Below, in pieces: positions 10,753 to 20,297 of a stretch of 64,000 bases of DNA; the stretch's first letter is position 1; every line of letters begins with the position of its first letter. The notes below the pieces were generated by a model. The model did no database searches and was not told the origin of the DNA. It was given only the letters and a program-made list of their open reading frames with translations. Location of the stretch: the NCBI GenBank assembly GCA_048885525.1, contig JBHLLP010000016.1, forward strand, positions 1 to 64,000. The letters run 5' to 3'. The position numbers were made by a program, and so were the translations under genes. This DNA is from Candidatus Hermodarchaeota archaeon. Lineage in GTDB: Archaea; Asgardarchaeota; Lokiarchaeia; Sigyniarchaeales; SOKP01.

Positions 10753-11547
10753 ATGGTACATATGAAATCCTTTGAGATTGTAGCACATCGAGGTGCTTCA
10801 AATATCGCACCAGAAAATACAATAGAAGCTTTTCAACATGCTATCGAATATGGTGCTGATGCGATTGAATTTGATGTTCGATTGACCTCAGATGGCGTTC
10901 CTGTAATCTATCACTATTTCTATCTTGAAGAAATAACGAATACTTCTGGACCAATATTCAATATCACATGCGACCAACTACAAAAAGTAAAAGTTTTGGG
11001 GAGAAACAATCAAAAAAACAATAATTATAGAATATTGACCCTTAATAAACTTCTAGAAATCATTGGAAACCAGATTGCTCTCGAAATTGAGATCAAAGGT
11101 CCAGAGCCAGAATCTTCAGAGATAATAGGAGAAGTTCTGCGTCGTTTTAAGCATTTATGGAAAAATATAGAAGTAACTTCCTATGAACCTATATTGCTTA
11201 ATGCTATACGAAAACAATGTCCCGGGATAGTCACTGATTTACTCTTTCCATTGTCGGAAAATTGGATGAAACCGGATGTAATTACATATTTAGCCATCCA
11301 ACGAGCCAGATTAGCACAAGTAAGAGCGATTCATTTACATCCAACTCAATTATCATCAAAAACAGTATCTACTATTCGAAAATATGGTATTGAGATCCAT
11401 AGTTGGGATGTAAATGATAAAAAGTCTCTAGAAACGATAAATGAATTAAAAATACCACGAATATGCACTGATAACCTTCAGAAAGCACTAAATTTTCGGC
11501 AAGCAACTTTAAAATCTCGTAACAAAAAAAATAATATGGATAAATAA
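10753..11547 (+). CDS. Glycerophosphodiester phosphodiesterase
   Basis: AHRGAS..APENT..AF, EFDVRLTSDG, IEIK. Confidence 0.92.
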   Translation: MVHMKSFEIVAHRGASNIAPENTIEAFQHAIEYGADAIEFDVRLTSDGVPVIYHYFYLEEITNTSGPIFNITCDQLQKVKVLGRNNQKNNNYRILTLNKLLEIIGNQIALEIEIKGPEPESSEIIGEVLRRFKHLWKNIEVTSYEPILLNAIRKQCPGIVTDLLFPLSENWMKPDVITYLAIQRARLAQVRAIHLHPTQLSSKTVSTIRKYGIEIHSWDVNDKKSLETINELKIPRICTDNLQKALNFRQATLKSRNKKNNMDK

Positions 11548-11605
11548 TATAAAATACATTTTAAATGGATTAAATTGTGATTTAAAAAAGATATAGGGGT
11601 AATAA

Positions 11606-12679
11606 ATTATAATCATTTTAGGAATGGATATTGGTGGTGCAAATACTAAAGCAGCATTACTAGAATTTAAAGATAAAAAAATAATACAATCTTTTTCATA
11701 TATAGAATACTTCCCATTCTGGGAAAAAACAATAACAGAAATCCCAGATATGCTAAGAAGAGTTGTAAAAAATTTAGTTCAAAAAAACAAGTATACACTT
11801 AAAAATGTTAATTATTTTGCTATTACTATTACTGCAGAACTTTCTGATGCATTTCAAACAAAAAGAGAAGGAATTTATACAATTTTGAACGCACTTGAGA
11901 AAGTTTTTGATACGAATAGATTAAAATTCATTACGATTAATAATAAATTTGTTGATTTTAAAACTGCTAAATCTGATTATTTATCAGTCGCAGCAGCTAA
12001 TTGGGCATCTACAGCTTTATTTTTAGGAAACTTTATCCCTCAAACTATTTTAATTGACGCAGGATCAACAACTATTGATATAATTCCAATTCTAAATTCA
12101 ATACCAGTACCACAAGGAAAGGATGATATATCACGTTTAAGTAATCATGAATTAATTTATACAGGAGGTTTGAGAGCAACAATTCCGTCCATTACTCATC
12201 ATATTCCTTATAAAAACAAAAAAGTACGTGTTTCCTTTGAAAAATTTGCTTTAATTTCTGATGTTCATAGAATTTTGAATAATATCTCACAAGAAGATTA
12301 TATTAACGAAACCGCTGATAATCGGTCAAAATCCTTAGAAAATTGTTATGCTAGACTTTCTAGGGTAATTTGTATGGACATTGAAACAATTTCAAGGGAG
12401 GATTTAGACCTTATAGCTAATTATATTTATCAAAAACAATTAGATATTATTACAAAAGAAATTAGAGCATTCATGAACAATCTTACTTTGAGACACAAAG
12501 AATTTGATATTAATTCCAAATTTGTAATAACTGGTTTATCTGCGAATTTTCTAATAAAAAAACCACTTCAAGATTTAGGATTTGTCAATATTCTTAGTTA
12601 TGAGGAAATAACTTCTATTCCTAACCACATAAGCTCATCAGCTTTTGCTGTTGCAGGAGCATTTTATTATCAACTATAA
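11606..12679 (+). CDS. mfnF: MfnF-like methanofuran biosynthesis protein (hydantoinase A family); probable non-AUG start
   Basis: (II)IILGMDIGGANTK, TAELSDAF..K.EG, AAANW, DAGSTTIDIIPI; conserved first strand lies upstream of the first ATG (11624). Confidence 0.8.
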   Translation: MIIILGMDIGGANTKAALLEFKDKKIIQSFSYIEYFPFWEKTITEIPDMLRRVVKNLVQKNKYTLKNVNYFAITITAELSDAFQTKREGIYTILNALEKVFDTNRLKFITINNKFVDFKTAKSDYLSVAAANWASTALFLGNFIPQTILIDAGSTTIDIIPILNSIPVPQGKDDISRLSNHELIYTGGLRATIPSITHHIPYKNKKVRVSFEKFALISDVHRILNNISQEDYINETADNRSKSLENCYARLSRVICMDIETISREDLDLIANYIYQKQLDIITKEIRAFMNNLTLRHKEFDINSKFVITGLSANFLIKKPLQDLGFVNILSYEEITSIPNHISSSAFAVAGAFYYQL

Positions 12680-12685
12680 TTAACA

Positions 12686-13417
12686 TTGAATAATATGAAG
12701 CACAAAATTGTATTATTTAAAATTGGAGGAAAAATTTTAGAGGATTTTGATAATCTAAATTCTACTATCTCCCAATTAAGACAAATTTTAAAGGAAAAAC
12801 TGGTTCAAAAGATTATTTTAATACCCGGAGGTGGTTCATTCGCTAATTTTATTAGAAAAGTGTATTCCGAATTAAAGTTTACTGAAGAACTTGCACATTG
12901 GATGGGAATAATTTCTATGAATTATAATGGAATAGAATTAAGTAAAAAGTTTCCTGAATTAGAAGTGGTTGAAGATTTTAATGAGTTGAAAAAATCTCAT
13001 AAAAATTTCTGTTTATTTTTACCCTTTCAGTTTTTAAAAGAGAAGGATAAGTTACCGCACAATTGGGATGCAACTTCTGATTCAATCACTTTATACTTAG
13101 CAAAGGAATTAGGATTAAAGGAATGTTTTTTAGTTAAAGATGTCGATGGTGTAATAAGTGATAAAAATCAAGTAATAAAAGAAATCTCAACTTCAGAATT
13201 CAAGAAGATGAAAAATTTGGGGAAATTAGCTAAACTGCCTCCTAATAGTGAAGAATTAAAGGAGAGATCAAAACCAATTGATTCATATTTACTAACTTTA
13301 ATTAATAAGCATAAAATTTCGTGTATTATTCTAAATGGTTCAAAAATTAACACTAGAATTCTAAATTACTTTCAATCGGTTAACCCAGAAGAAAAGGTTT
13401 TTACTAGAATTACATAA
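12686..13417 (+). CDS. mfnE: MfnE-like amino-acid-kinase family protein
   Basis: KIGG, PGGGSFAN..R, AHWM...M, LPHNWDATSDSI and KDVDG motifs; adjacent to mfnF. Confidence 0.78.
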   Translation: MNNMKHKIVLFKIGGKILEDFDNLNSTISQLRQILKEKLVQKIILIPGGGSFANFIRKVYSELKFTEELAHWMGIISMNYNGIELSKKFPELEVVEDFNELKKSHKNFCLFLPFQFLKEKDKLPHNWDATSDSITLYLAKELGLKECFLVKDVDGVISDKNQVIKEISTSEFKKMKNLGKLAKLPPNSEELKERSKPIDSYLLTLINKHKISCIILNGSKINTRILNYFQSVNPEEKVFTRIT

Positions 13418-13553
13418 AAAGCTGTTCAAGTAAGTCTTCTTAGACTTAATTATAATCTTATTAAAAATTTTAATTAAAATTAAAGTTTTAATTAAATTAT
13501 TACTAAATTATAATAATATTCAAAGTTGATTTTTCTTTATTAGTGATATTAAA

Positions 13554-14060
13554 ATGAATGAGAAAGAAAATGAAATGAAAAAAAGTGCGGAATTTCTAAT
13601 TAAGACATTAACGGATACAGACATACCAGGTAACGCAAAATTTAAATGTAGATACAATAAAATGGTTAATTTTGCAAAAATTTATGGGATAACGGATCCA
13701 AAATATATTGGACCAGAAGAAGAGGGAATTATTGCATGTCATGGTTTTGCAAATTCATTTGCAGTGAATGCTTTTTATATTCTTGTACCAAGTTTAAAAG
13801 TAACTCAAAATGGAGAAGAACGCTCCTTGGTTAAAAATCCAAATAAATTTCTCCATGCTGGAAACAAATACAATTGGGAGCGATGCGTTGATATAAAAAA
13901 TGGAGACCTATTAACAGCAACAGCTAAGATATCTAAAGTGTGGTTAATTGAAGATAGTATGATCTTGTTTGCTGAATTATTATTGAACGTAAAAAATCAG
14001 AATGATGAATTGGTATGTAATGTTACATCTAGTGTAGCAATTAGACCTGGAGGTTATTAA
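13554..14060 (+). CDS. MaoC-like hot-dog dehydratase, N-terminal-type subunit
   Basis: FA..YG.TDPKY, LHAG..YNW, I..GD.LT and NQNDELV motifs. Confidence 0.8.
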   Translation: MNEKENEMKKSAEFLIKTLTDTDIPGNAKFKCRYNKMVNFAKIYGITDPKYIGPEEEGIIACHGFANSFAVNAFYILVPSLKVTQNGEERSLVKNPNKFLHAGNKYNWERCVDIKNGDLLTATAKISKVWLIEDSMILFAELLLNVKNQNDELVCNVTSSVAIRPGGY

Positions 14061-14063
14061 AAA

Positions 14064-14612
14064 ATGGTAAAAATAACAGATTTAAATGTTGGACAAGTTA
14101 TAAAAAATGAATTTAGTGGTATCACTCGAGATCTTTTAAAACGTTATGCTAAAGCTAGTGGAGATACAAATCCTATTCATACAAATGATGCTGTTGCTGA
14201 AAGAGCAGGTTTAAAAGGAGTGATTGCTCATGGATTATTCTCATATGGTTTCATCAGTAAATTGTTTGAAGATTTTCTGGAACAGAGTAAATATGGAAAG
14301 ATAAATGAAATAGGTGTTGAGATGCGTGGAATGGTTAGGGTTGGAGATCTTCTAATTACCGAGGCAACAATATCAAAAATTGAGGGAAAAAAAGTATATT
14401 TTGATGTAAAACAGACAACTATAACAAGTGTGGATATTAAAGATAAAGAAGGTAATATAATAAAACAATTCGAAGCTGGTGAAAGAGGCTATATATCTGA
14501 AAAAGATATTGAAAGAGGCTTAGTAAAGACCAAAGAAGTCCCAGAGGGGATTTTAACTTATCGAGAAAGAATCGCTACTCCTGGGCAAGCAATAATTGAA
14601 CTATTTGAATAA
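14064..14612 (+). CDS. MaoC-family (R)-enoyl-CoA hydratase, catalytic subunit
   Basis: YA.ASGD.NPIH...A...G..GVIAHG hydratase motif. Confidence 0.9.
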   Translation: MVKITDLNVGQVIKNEFSGITRDLLKRYAKASGDTNPIHTNDAVAERAGLKGVIAHGLFSYGFISKLFEDFLEQSKYGKINEIGVEMRGMVRVGDLLITEATISKIEGKKVYFDVKQTTITSVDIKDKEGNIIKQFEAGERGYISEKDIERGLVKTKEVPEGILTYRERIATPGQAIIELFE

Positions 14613-14643
14613 AGTCCAAAAAATTTTTTAAAACTCTAATACC

Positions 14644-15615
14644 TTATTCTTTTTTTAATAATTCCTTAATTTTTAATTCAATTTCTTCTAATGCTTCGAA
14701 ATCCTCTAATTTTTCAGCAGCTTTTTTTATAAGACCATAATATTGTATAGCAGTTTCTAAATCTATCTCGCTTACAATTTCTTCACCTCGTCTAAAAATG
14801 AGGGCCTTTAAAGCCTCAATACGACTAACATTTATAGCAGCTAAATATGCTTTTGTAAAATAATTTTTAGCATTTTCCAGGTCTTTTTTTAGAAAATAAA
14901 CAAAGGCTTCAGCAAAATAGGCAAATTGTAAAGAAAATATGAATCCAATCTCCTCTCTTAATTGTGTTGATTTCTTAAAATATTCTAAACCTTTATCTAA
15001 ATCCTGTTTAATATAAGCATAGATGCCGGCAAGATGGCGAAAAAGATAGGATTGTTCAAGTTTAAAATCTTCCTCTTCAGCTATTTTCAATCCTTTTTGA
15101 AAATACTCGAAAGCTGTTTGATGATCGTTTTCATCAGCATCTTTTTTATTCTCATGGTAAAGTCCTAGATGAAAATAAGATTTAGTTAATCCTAACTTGT
15201 CTTTTATTTTAGTTCTTATAGATAGTGCTTTATTATAATAATTAATTGCTTCTTTAAAATCTCCCTCGAGAATTCCTATACCATAGATGCAATTTCCAAT
15301 AAGATCCAGAGCATCAGCTTGAATATCATTCGCATTTGAATCCTCTACTAATTTTTGAGCTTCTTGAAGAGTTCTTATCTCATCATCATAATTAAAATCT
15401 TTAAGGAATTTATGATCCATTCTAATTTTAGTGAATTGTATTAAAGTTCTAGCTTGATCTTCCTTCTTCACTTCAAGTGAATCTAATATCAATTTGATTG
15501 AATCAAAAAGTAACATTGCCTCATCAAACTTACCTTCAAAACGATAGACTTCAGAGATTTTACATGCGATATCTATAAATTCGGTAAAATATTTTTCAAG
15601 AATATCATTCGCCAA
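14644..15615 (-). CDS. Tetratricopeptide repeat protein
   Basis: Repeated LG..Y...G....A..YY.KAL units. Confidence 0.85.
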   Translation of the reverse strand: MANDILEKYFTEFIDIACKISEVYRFEGKFDEAMLLFDSIKLILDSLEVKKEDQARTLIQFTKIRMDHKFLKDFNYDDEIRTLQEAQKLVEDSNANDIQADALDLIGNCIYGIGILEGDFKEAINYYNKALSIRTKIKDKLGLTKSYFHLGLYHENKKDADENDHQTAFEYFQKGLKIAEEEDFKLEQSYLFRHLAGIYAYIKQDLDKGLEYFKKSTQLREEIGFIFSLQFAYFAEAFVYFLKKDLENAKNYFTKAYLAAINVSRIEALKALIFRRGEEIVSEIDLETAIQYYGLIKKAAEKLEDFEALEEIELKIKELLKKE

Positions 15616-15833
15616 GAGACAAAACCATTTAAAATAATTTTAAAAAGATTAAGGAAGTATTTCTATTAATAGATTTATTTAACGAACTTTATTAAGAGTT
15701 TGAACCATATTTGAAGTAAATATCAAAAATTTTCTTAAATTCCAGATATATTTTTAATTAAATCTTTTTATATTAGTTAATAGAAGAGATATTTGAAAGA
15801 ATAAATTAAACAAAATTTTTTTTTTCTACCACC

Positions 15834-18806
15834 TTGACAACTCAAGACCCATTAGATCATCAAGAATCATTAGACACTGAAAAAATTGAGAGCTTAATTT
15901 TAAATGGGTATAATGAAAAAGCTGCTGAAGAAATTTTTACTATTGTAGAAAATTATGATAATCATTCTGATAAAGAACTTATTTATCGAAGCCTTAGTTT
16001 ATTAAATCTGATTTGTGATAAATCTCCAGCAATTTCATTGAGAGCAATCAAAAATATAATTCATTTTATAAATGATTCTGATTCTTGGATAAGATTAGTT
16101 TCATTAGAAATATCATATCAAATAAGTTTGTTTAGACCTAACTTGTTACTTGAGTTATTACCTAAAATTCGAGGAAGATTATATGATCAAGACCCCGCCG
16201 TGAGGAGATTAACTGTAAAGATCATTGGTAATCTGATTTTATCCTTACATATCGATTTGGGAGAAATACAGGAAATTATTGAAGAATATACAGAAAAATT
16301 AATGGATAATGATTGGAAAGTAAAGCTCAATGTAATCAAAACTATTCAGAAGATCTTAAATCAGGATTATAAAAAAATTAGGAATTTAGAACCATTATTA
16401 TCAATGGTGATCATTAATTTAAGAGACGAAGATGATGATGTTGCTAGAGCTGCAGCAGAACTTTTAAAGATTCATGGGACATACTTTTTGACAAAGGAAA
16501 AGATCCTTTATATTTTATTAAATCTTCTCTATAACGAGGAAAATAGGGTTAAAGAGCTAATTATTTGGTTATTTGGAGAAATTGGAAAGGAAAAATCTCC
16601 AGAAATTATATCAATAATTCCAAAATTAATTAATTTACTAAAAGAAAAAGATTATCGTATTCAATTAAAAGTAATTGAAGCACTTGTTAATATTGGTGAA
16701 AATAATTTTGATCAAATTTGGGCAAATCTTATACATTCCATTTTAGAAGCCAGTGATTACAATTATAGAAATTCATTAATAAATGCAATATTTCATCTAT
16801 CCCGGAAGAATATAACTGAAATATTTCCTTATTTATTTGAAGAACTGGAAAATCCATCTGAAAACATCAGAGAAGGTATTGCTCTTGTATTTCAACGCTT
16901 ATTCGAAGAGTACCAGATTGAATTAGAAAATGAAATTACTAAAATTTTATATCAATTAGATTCACGTTTTTGGAGAGAAAGAAAAAAAACTATAAATCTC
17001 CTCCAACATATTTGTTTCATTTTGGAAAATAAAAAGATTGCTGTCTGGATTACAATTGAATTAAACAATACTTTAAATATTGAAAAGGATCCAGAAGTGA
17101 AAGCAGAAATTATTTATACACTAAAGAATATTAAATCTAATTTTCCAGATATTGATGGAGCTATCGAAAGAATCAATAATGAATTATCACTATTTCAGAA
17201 AAGAATTAACGAGTTCCAGAAGATTCCTGCCCAATTTAGAGAAAAACTGAATTCTTATATAGAAAATTTCAAATTTAATGATACAGAGATTCAGTTAAAT
17301 GAAAAATACAATAAAATATTGAAAAAAATCAAAAAATTCTCATTATTAATTAATAGATTTGAATACAAAAGGTTAGCTTTTGATTTAATCGAAGAATGGG
17401 AAGAAACTAGGGTTCAAATAATTGAAGAATTAAGTATTATTAAAGGCTTCATCTCTGAAATATGTGAAGAGAAAAAAGCCGAATTTGTTTCTAATTTAAA
17501 AGAAAATATTAAGAAAATAAATAATCGTATTGATGTTCTAAAAGCAGAATTTGATTATGTGAAAGAAACTAAGTTTGAAGTTAATCTAGGCAAACGTTTG
17601 TCTACACTTGGATCTGATTATATTCAAGAAGATAACCTGGACAATATCACCCAAATTAGAAAAAAACTGTTCAAAATGGATGGTGATATCAGAGAAATAT
17701 TGATAGCAAATGTAGAGTTTAATGAGATATTTAAAAACCTATTACAAAAATGGGTTGCAACTAAAATTGAAATCCAAGAATATTTGAATGATTTAGATCA
17801 TCAAATTAGATTAATGAAAGATAAATTAATTGAATATAAAGAAGTAGAACCTATAAGTAATATTCAGATTAGATCGAAAATGATTAATGGGATTAGTTCT
17901 GAACTTAATTTTCAACTCCTTCAAAGTCATATTCAGACTATTATTACAGAGAGAATTGAAGGAATGAAAAAATACAATGATGAATTTAGTGATCTTATTT
18001 CTAAACTAGACCTTTTATTAAAAAAAGATGAATTTTCAGATGTTAAGAAATTAGTAGAAATGAATTCAACACAAATTCAAAATTATATTGAAGATACTGA
18101 AAAACAAATTAATAATATCATAGGAAATGAAAAATTATTTGAAGATAATAATATTTTTAATTTATATATAAGACCTTATATCAATAAGTTTAATTCATCT
18201 AAAGAATTATTGATAAATCGATTAAAAACATTCAATAGAAAAGCTAAAAATAAACTTTACCTAAATCAGTTAAAATACTACGCGAAAATTCTGAATCCGA
18301 TTAAACTTGATTTATTATCATCTTATATTGACTTAGATATTGAGCGATTAAAAGATCTTATTCTAAAATTTATAAATAAAAATAAAATCAGTGCAAAAGT
18401 AATTAATGACAAACTTTACTTTCAGCAGATAGAATCTGAAATGCCAGATTCAAAAGAAATTCTCTTTTTTAAAAATATAAAGACGATAGGTAACGAAATT
18501 TACCTAAACTTTAAATTATCTAATCCATCAAATTTTGATTTCAAGGATTTACAAATATCTCTTAAGATACCCTCTTATCTTAATTTTCAAAGAAAAGAAA
18601 GCTTTCCAAAATATCTACAAATAAATGAGTTAAAACCAGGGAAAAATTTCCAATTCAATTATGTGCTTAAAGTAGATAAACAAAAAGAACTTAAAAAAAA
18701 TCTTTTTGATCCTTCAGCTGATGAAATTAAGCTTGACTTGTATTATAGAGATCAATTCAATATTGCTCGGAAGACGACTAAACATATTGATCTCTTCATT
18801 CCTTAA
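15834..18806 (+). CDS. HEAT-repeat protein with coiled coil, PCI-like winged helix and C-terminal Ig-like domain
   Basis: D.D..VR/IR HEAT repeats in the first ~430 aa; IKLDLLSSYIDLDIERLKDLILKFINKNKISAKVINDKLYF; FKLSNPSN...ELKPG beta-sandwich pattern. Confidence 0.75.
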   Translation: MTTQDPLDHQESLDTEKIESLILNGYNEKAAEEIFTIVENYDNHSDKELIYRSLSLLNLICDKSPAISLRAIKNIIHFINDSDSWIRLVSLEISYQISLFRPNLLLELLPKIRGRLYDQDPAVRRLTVKIIGNLILSLHIDLGEIQEIIEEYTEKLMDNDWKVKLNVIKTIQKILNQDYKKIRNLEPLLSMVIINLRDEDDDVARAAAELLKIHGTYFLTKEKILYILLNLLYNEENRVKELIIWLFGEIGKEKSPEIISIIPKLINLLKEKDYRIQLKVIEALVNIGENNFDQIWANLIHSILEASDYNYRNSLINAIFHLSRKNITEIFPYLFEELENPSENIREGIALVFQRLFEEYQIELENEITKILYQLDSRFWRERKKTINLLQHICFILENKKIAVWITIELNNTLNIEKDPEVKAEIIYTLKNIKSNFPDIDGAIERINNELSLFQKRINEFQKIPAQFREKLNSYIENFKFNDTEIQLNEKYNKILKKIKKFSLLINRFEYKRLAFDLIEEWEETRVQIIEELSIIKGFISEICEEKKAEFVSNLKENIKKINNRIDVLKAEFDYVKETKFEVNLGKRLSTLGSDYIQEDNLDNITQIRKKLFKMDGDIREILIANVEFNEIFKNLLQKWVATKIEIQEYLNDLDHQIRLMKDKLIEYKEVEPISNIQIRSKMINGISSELNFQLLQSHIQTIITERIEGMKKYNDEFSDLISKLDLLLKKDEFSDVKKLVEMNSTQIQNYIEDTEKQINNIIGNEKLFEDNNIFNLYIRPYINKFNSSKELLINRLKTFNRKAKNKLYLNQLKYYAKILNPIKLDLLSSYIDLDIERLKDLILKFINKNKISAKVINDKLYFQQIESEMPDSKEILFFKNIKTIGNEIYLNFKLSNPSNFDFKDLQISLKIPSYLNFQRKESFPKYLQINELKPGKNFQFNYVLKVDKQKELKKNLFDPSADEIKLDLYYRDQFNIARKTTKHIDLFIP

Positions 18807-18944
18807 AATAACAAGATTTTTGATTGAATTTTTTCATTAATTAATCTCAAATATTCAAAAATTTAATAATTTATATGGAAAAGATTAATATATCCATCTA
18901 TACTATTTAAAACTACTTAAATTGATTAATATAATTACAAGAAT

Positions 18945-18950
18945 GAGGTG
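18945..18950 (+). promoter_or_regulatory. Shine-Dalgarno site GAGGTG of selD1
   Basis: GAGGTG 4 nt before ATG 18955; the same motif precedes selD2. Confidence 0.75.
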
Positions 18951-18954
18951 AAGA

Positions 18955-20020
18955 ATGCAAGAATTAGAGAGTTATCGATTGACACTGCAAACGAAACTTT
19001 TTGGTTGAAACTGTCTCAGTTACACTTGCGACGGCAACATACTGTAAGCTTTTTAGCGAGAAATTAGAGAAACTACTTGCCAATACAGGATTAAATGGTG
19101 ATATTGAAGATTCCGCAATTATTCCTGTACCAAATACTAATCTTGTCATGGCTAAAAATATAGATATCTTTACTCCAATTATAGATGAACCAGATATCAT
19201 GGGAGAAATTGCCGCAGCTAATGTTACTAACGATATTTCCGCGCTAAATGTTCCCGAAATTTCTGGAATGCTTGTTTTCCTAGGATTAAAGAAAAAAATG
19301 CCTATGTACATAGCAGAAGGAATACTAAAGGGAATCAAAAACTTTATGGAAAACAAGTTAAATTCTAAAATTCTTGGAGGTCATACTATTTTCAGCCAAT
19401 GGCCATTGATTGGGGGCGAAGCCTCTGGTTTCGTTGAAAAGGATAAAATTATCAAAAAAGATTATGTAGAAGAAGGAGATAAAATAATTCTAACAAAACC
19501 AATTGGAAATCAAGCAATAATGGCAGCATACAGACTTCAAAAAAACAATCCTGACCTTTTAGAATCTTATTCTACAACCGAAATTGACACTTCTATCGAT
19601 ATAGCTGTGAAATTAATGATATCACCCCTTCAAGATGTTGTAAAGACCATTCACACTTACAAAGATATGTCATTCATTCATTCGATGACAGATGTTAGTG
19701 GTTTTGGTCTTGCTGGGCATCTGAGAGAAATGCTTCAAAATTCAGGTCTTTCTGCTATAATTGAGAAGATCCCTAGTATTAGACTGACAAGCGACTTAGC
19801 TTATGAATTTGGTTATAAATATGATGAATGTGAAATGCCTGAAACTGCTGGGGGGATGCTTTTATCTGTTGATCACGAATATGCTGAGGAATTCTCACAG
19901 AGACTTAATAGTAAATATGGCGTAAAAAATTGGACTGTAGGTACGATCGATAACATCAATAAGCCCAAATATGTTCGTGTTTCTGAAAATGTTGAACATA
20001 TTGAAATAACTAAAATTTAA
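18955..20020 (+). CDS. selD: Selenophosphate synthetase 1, selenoprotein (UGA 19006-19008); join(18955..19009,19041..20020), 344 aa
   Basis: MQELESYRLTLQTKLFG-U-NC|KLFSEK... after removal of 31 nt; EDSA, IDIF, NVTND, GGHT, LTKPIG, TDVSGFGL and ETAGGML motifs intact; SECIS downstream. Confidence 0.88.
19010..19040 (+). other. Putative 31-nt BHB (tRNA-type) intron in selD1 mRNA
   Basis: Central helix GUUG(19004-07)/CAAC(19035-38); bulges AA^A(19008-10) and AU^A(19039-41); inner helix CUGUC/GACGG; excision restores the frame. Confidence 0.8.
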
Positions 20021-20092
20021 CGATGTCAATGAAATAAGCAAAAACACATTATTGTGGTAGTTTATTGAGAATACTGTTGCAAAACAGCATCG
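20021..20092 (+). promoter_or_regulatory. Eukaryote-type SECIS element of selD1
   Basis: AUGA...GA core, helix AAUAAGC/GUUUAUU, apical AAAAA with mini-stem CACA/UGUG, basal CGAUG/CAUCG, side hairpin CUGUU-GCAA-AACAG. Confidence 0.85.
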
Positions 20093-20297
20093 AAAATATT
20101 TGAAAATATTATGAATTATCTTATTTTTAAAAAAATTTCCTATTCTGTGTGAAATACTAAGTTATATCTTTATTATTAATTATCGATATTTTCGATAAAA
20201 AATATCGAAAAGATTAATAAATTAGAAATATTCCCTCTTATACCATAAAAATTAAAATGAGAACTTAAGAAAAAAAATAACAGAAGAACAACCCGAT

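Noticed and set aside
13466-13494. AT-only palindromes upstream of the MaoC pair
   Set aside because: Expected by chance in very AT-rich intergenic DNA.
19001-19045. ORF-track start at TTG 19001 giving MVETVSVTLATATYCK
   Set aside because: It has no SD, lacks the catalytic Sec/Cys and RLT motif, and leaves the SECIS unexplained. The true N-terminus is in another frame from ATG 18955.
19010-19045. Translational bypassing (UGU 19012 to UGU 19043) or a transposon footprint with ACTGT target duplication
   Set aside because: There is no stop codon right after the take-off codon and no terminal inverted repeats. The exact BHB geometry predicts the frame-restoring cut sites, so an intron is preferred, although bypassing is not formally excluded.
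19009-19047. Bacterial-type SECIS directly after the UGA
   Set aside because: It would have to be in frame and translated. This insert breaks the frame, and a 3'-UTR SECIS is already present.
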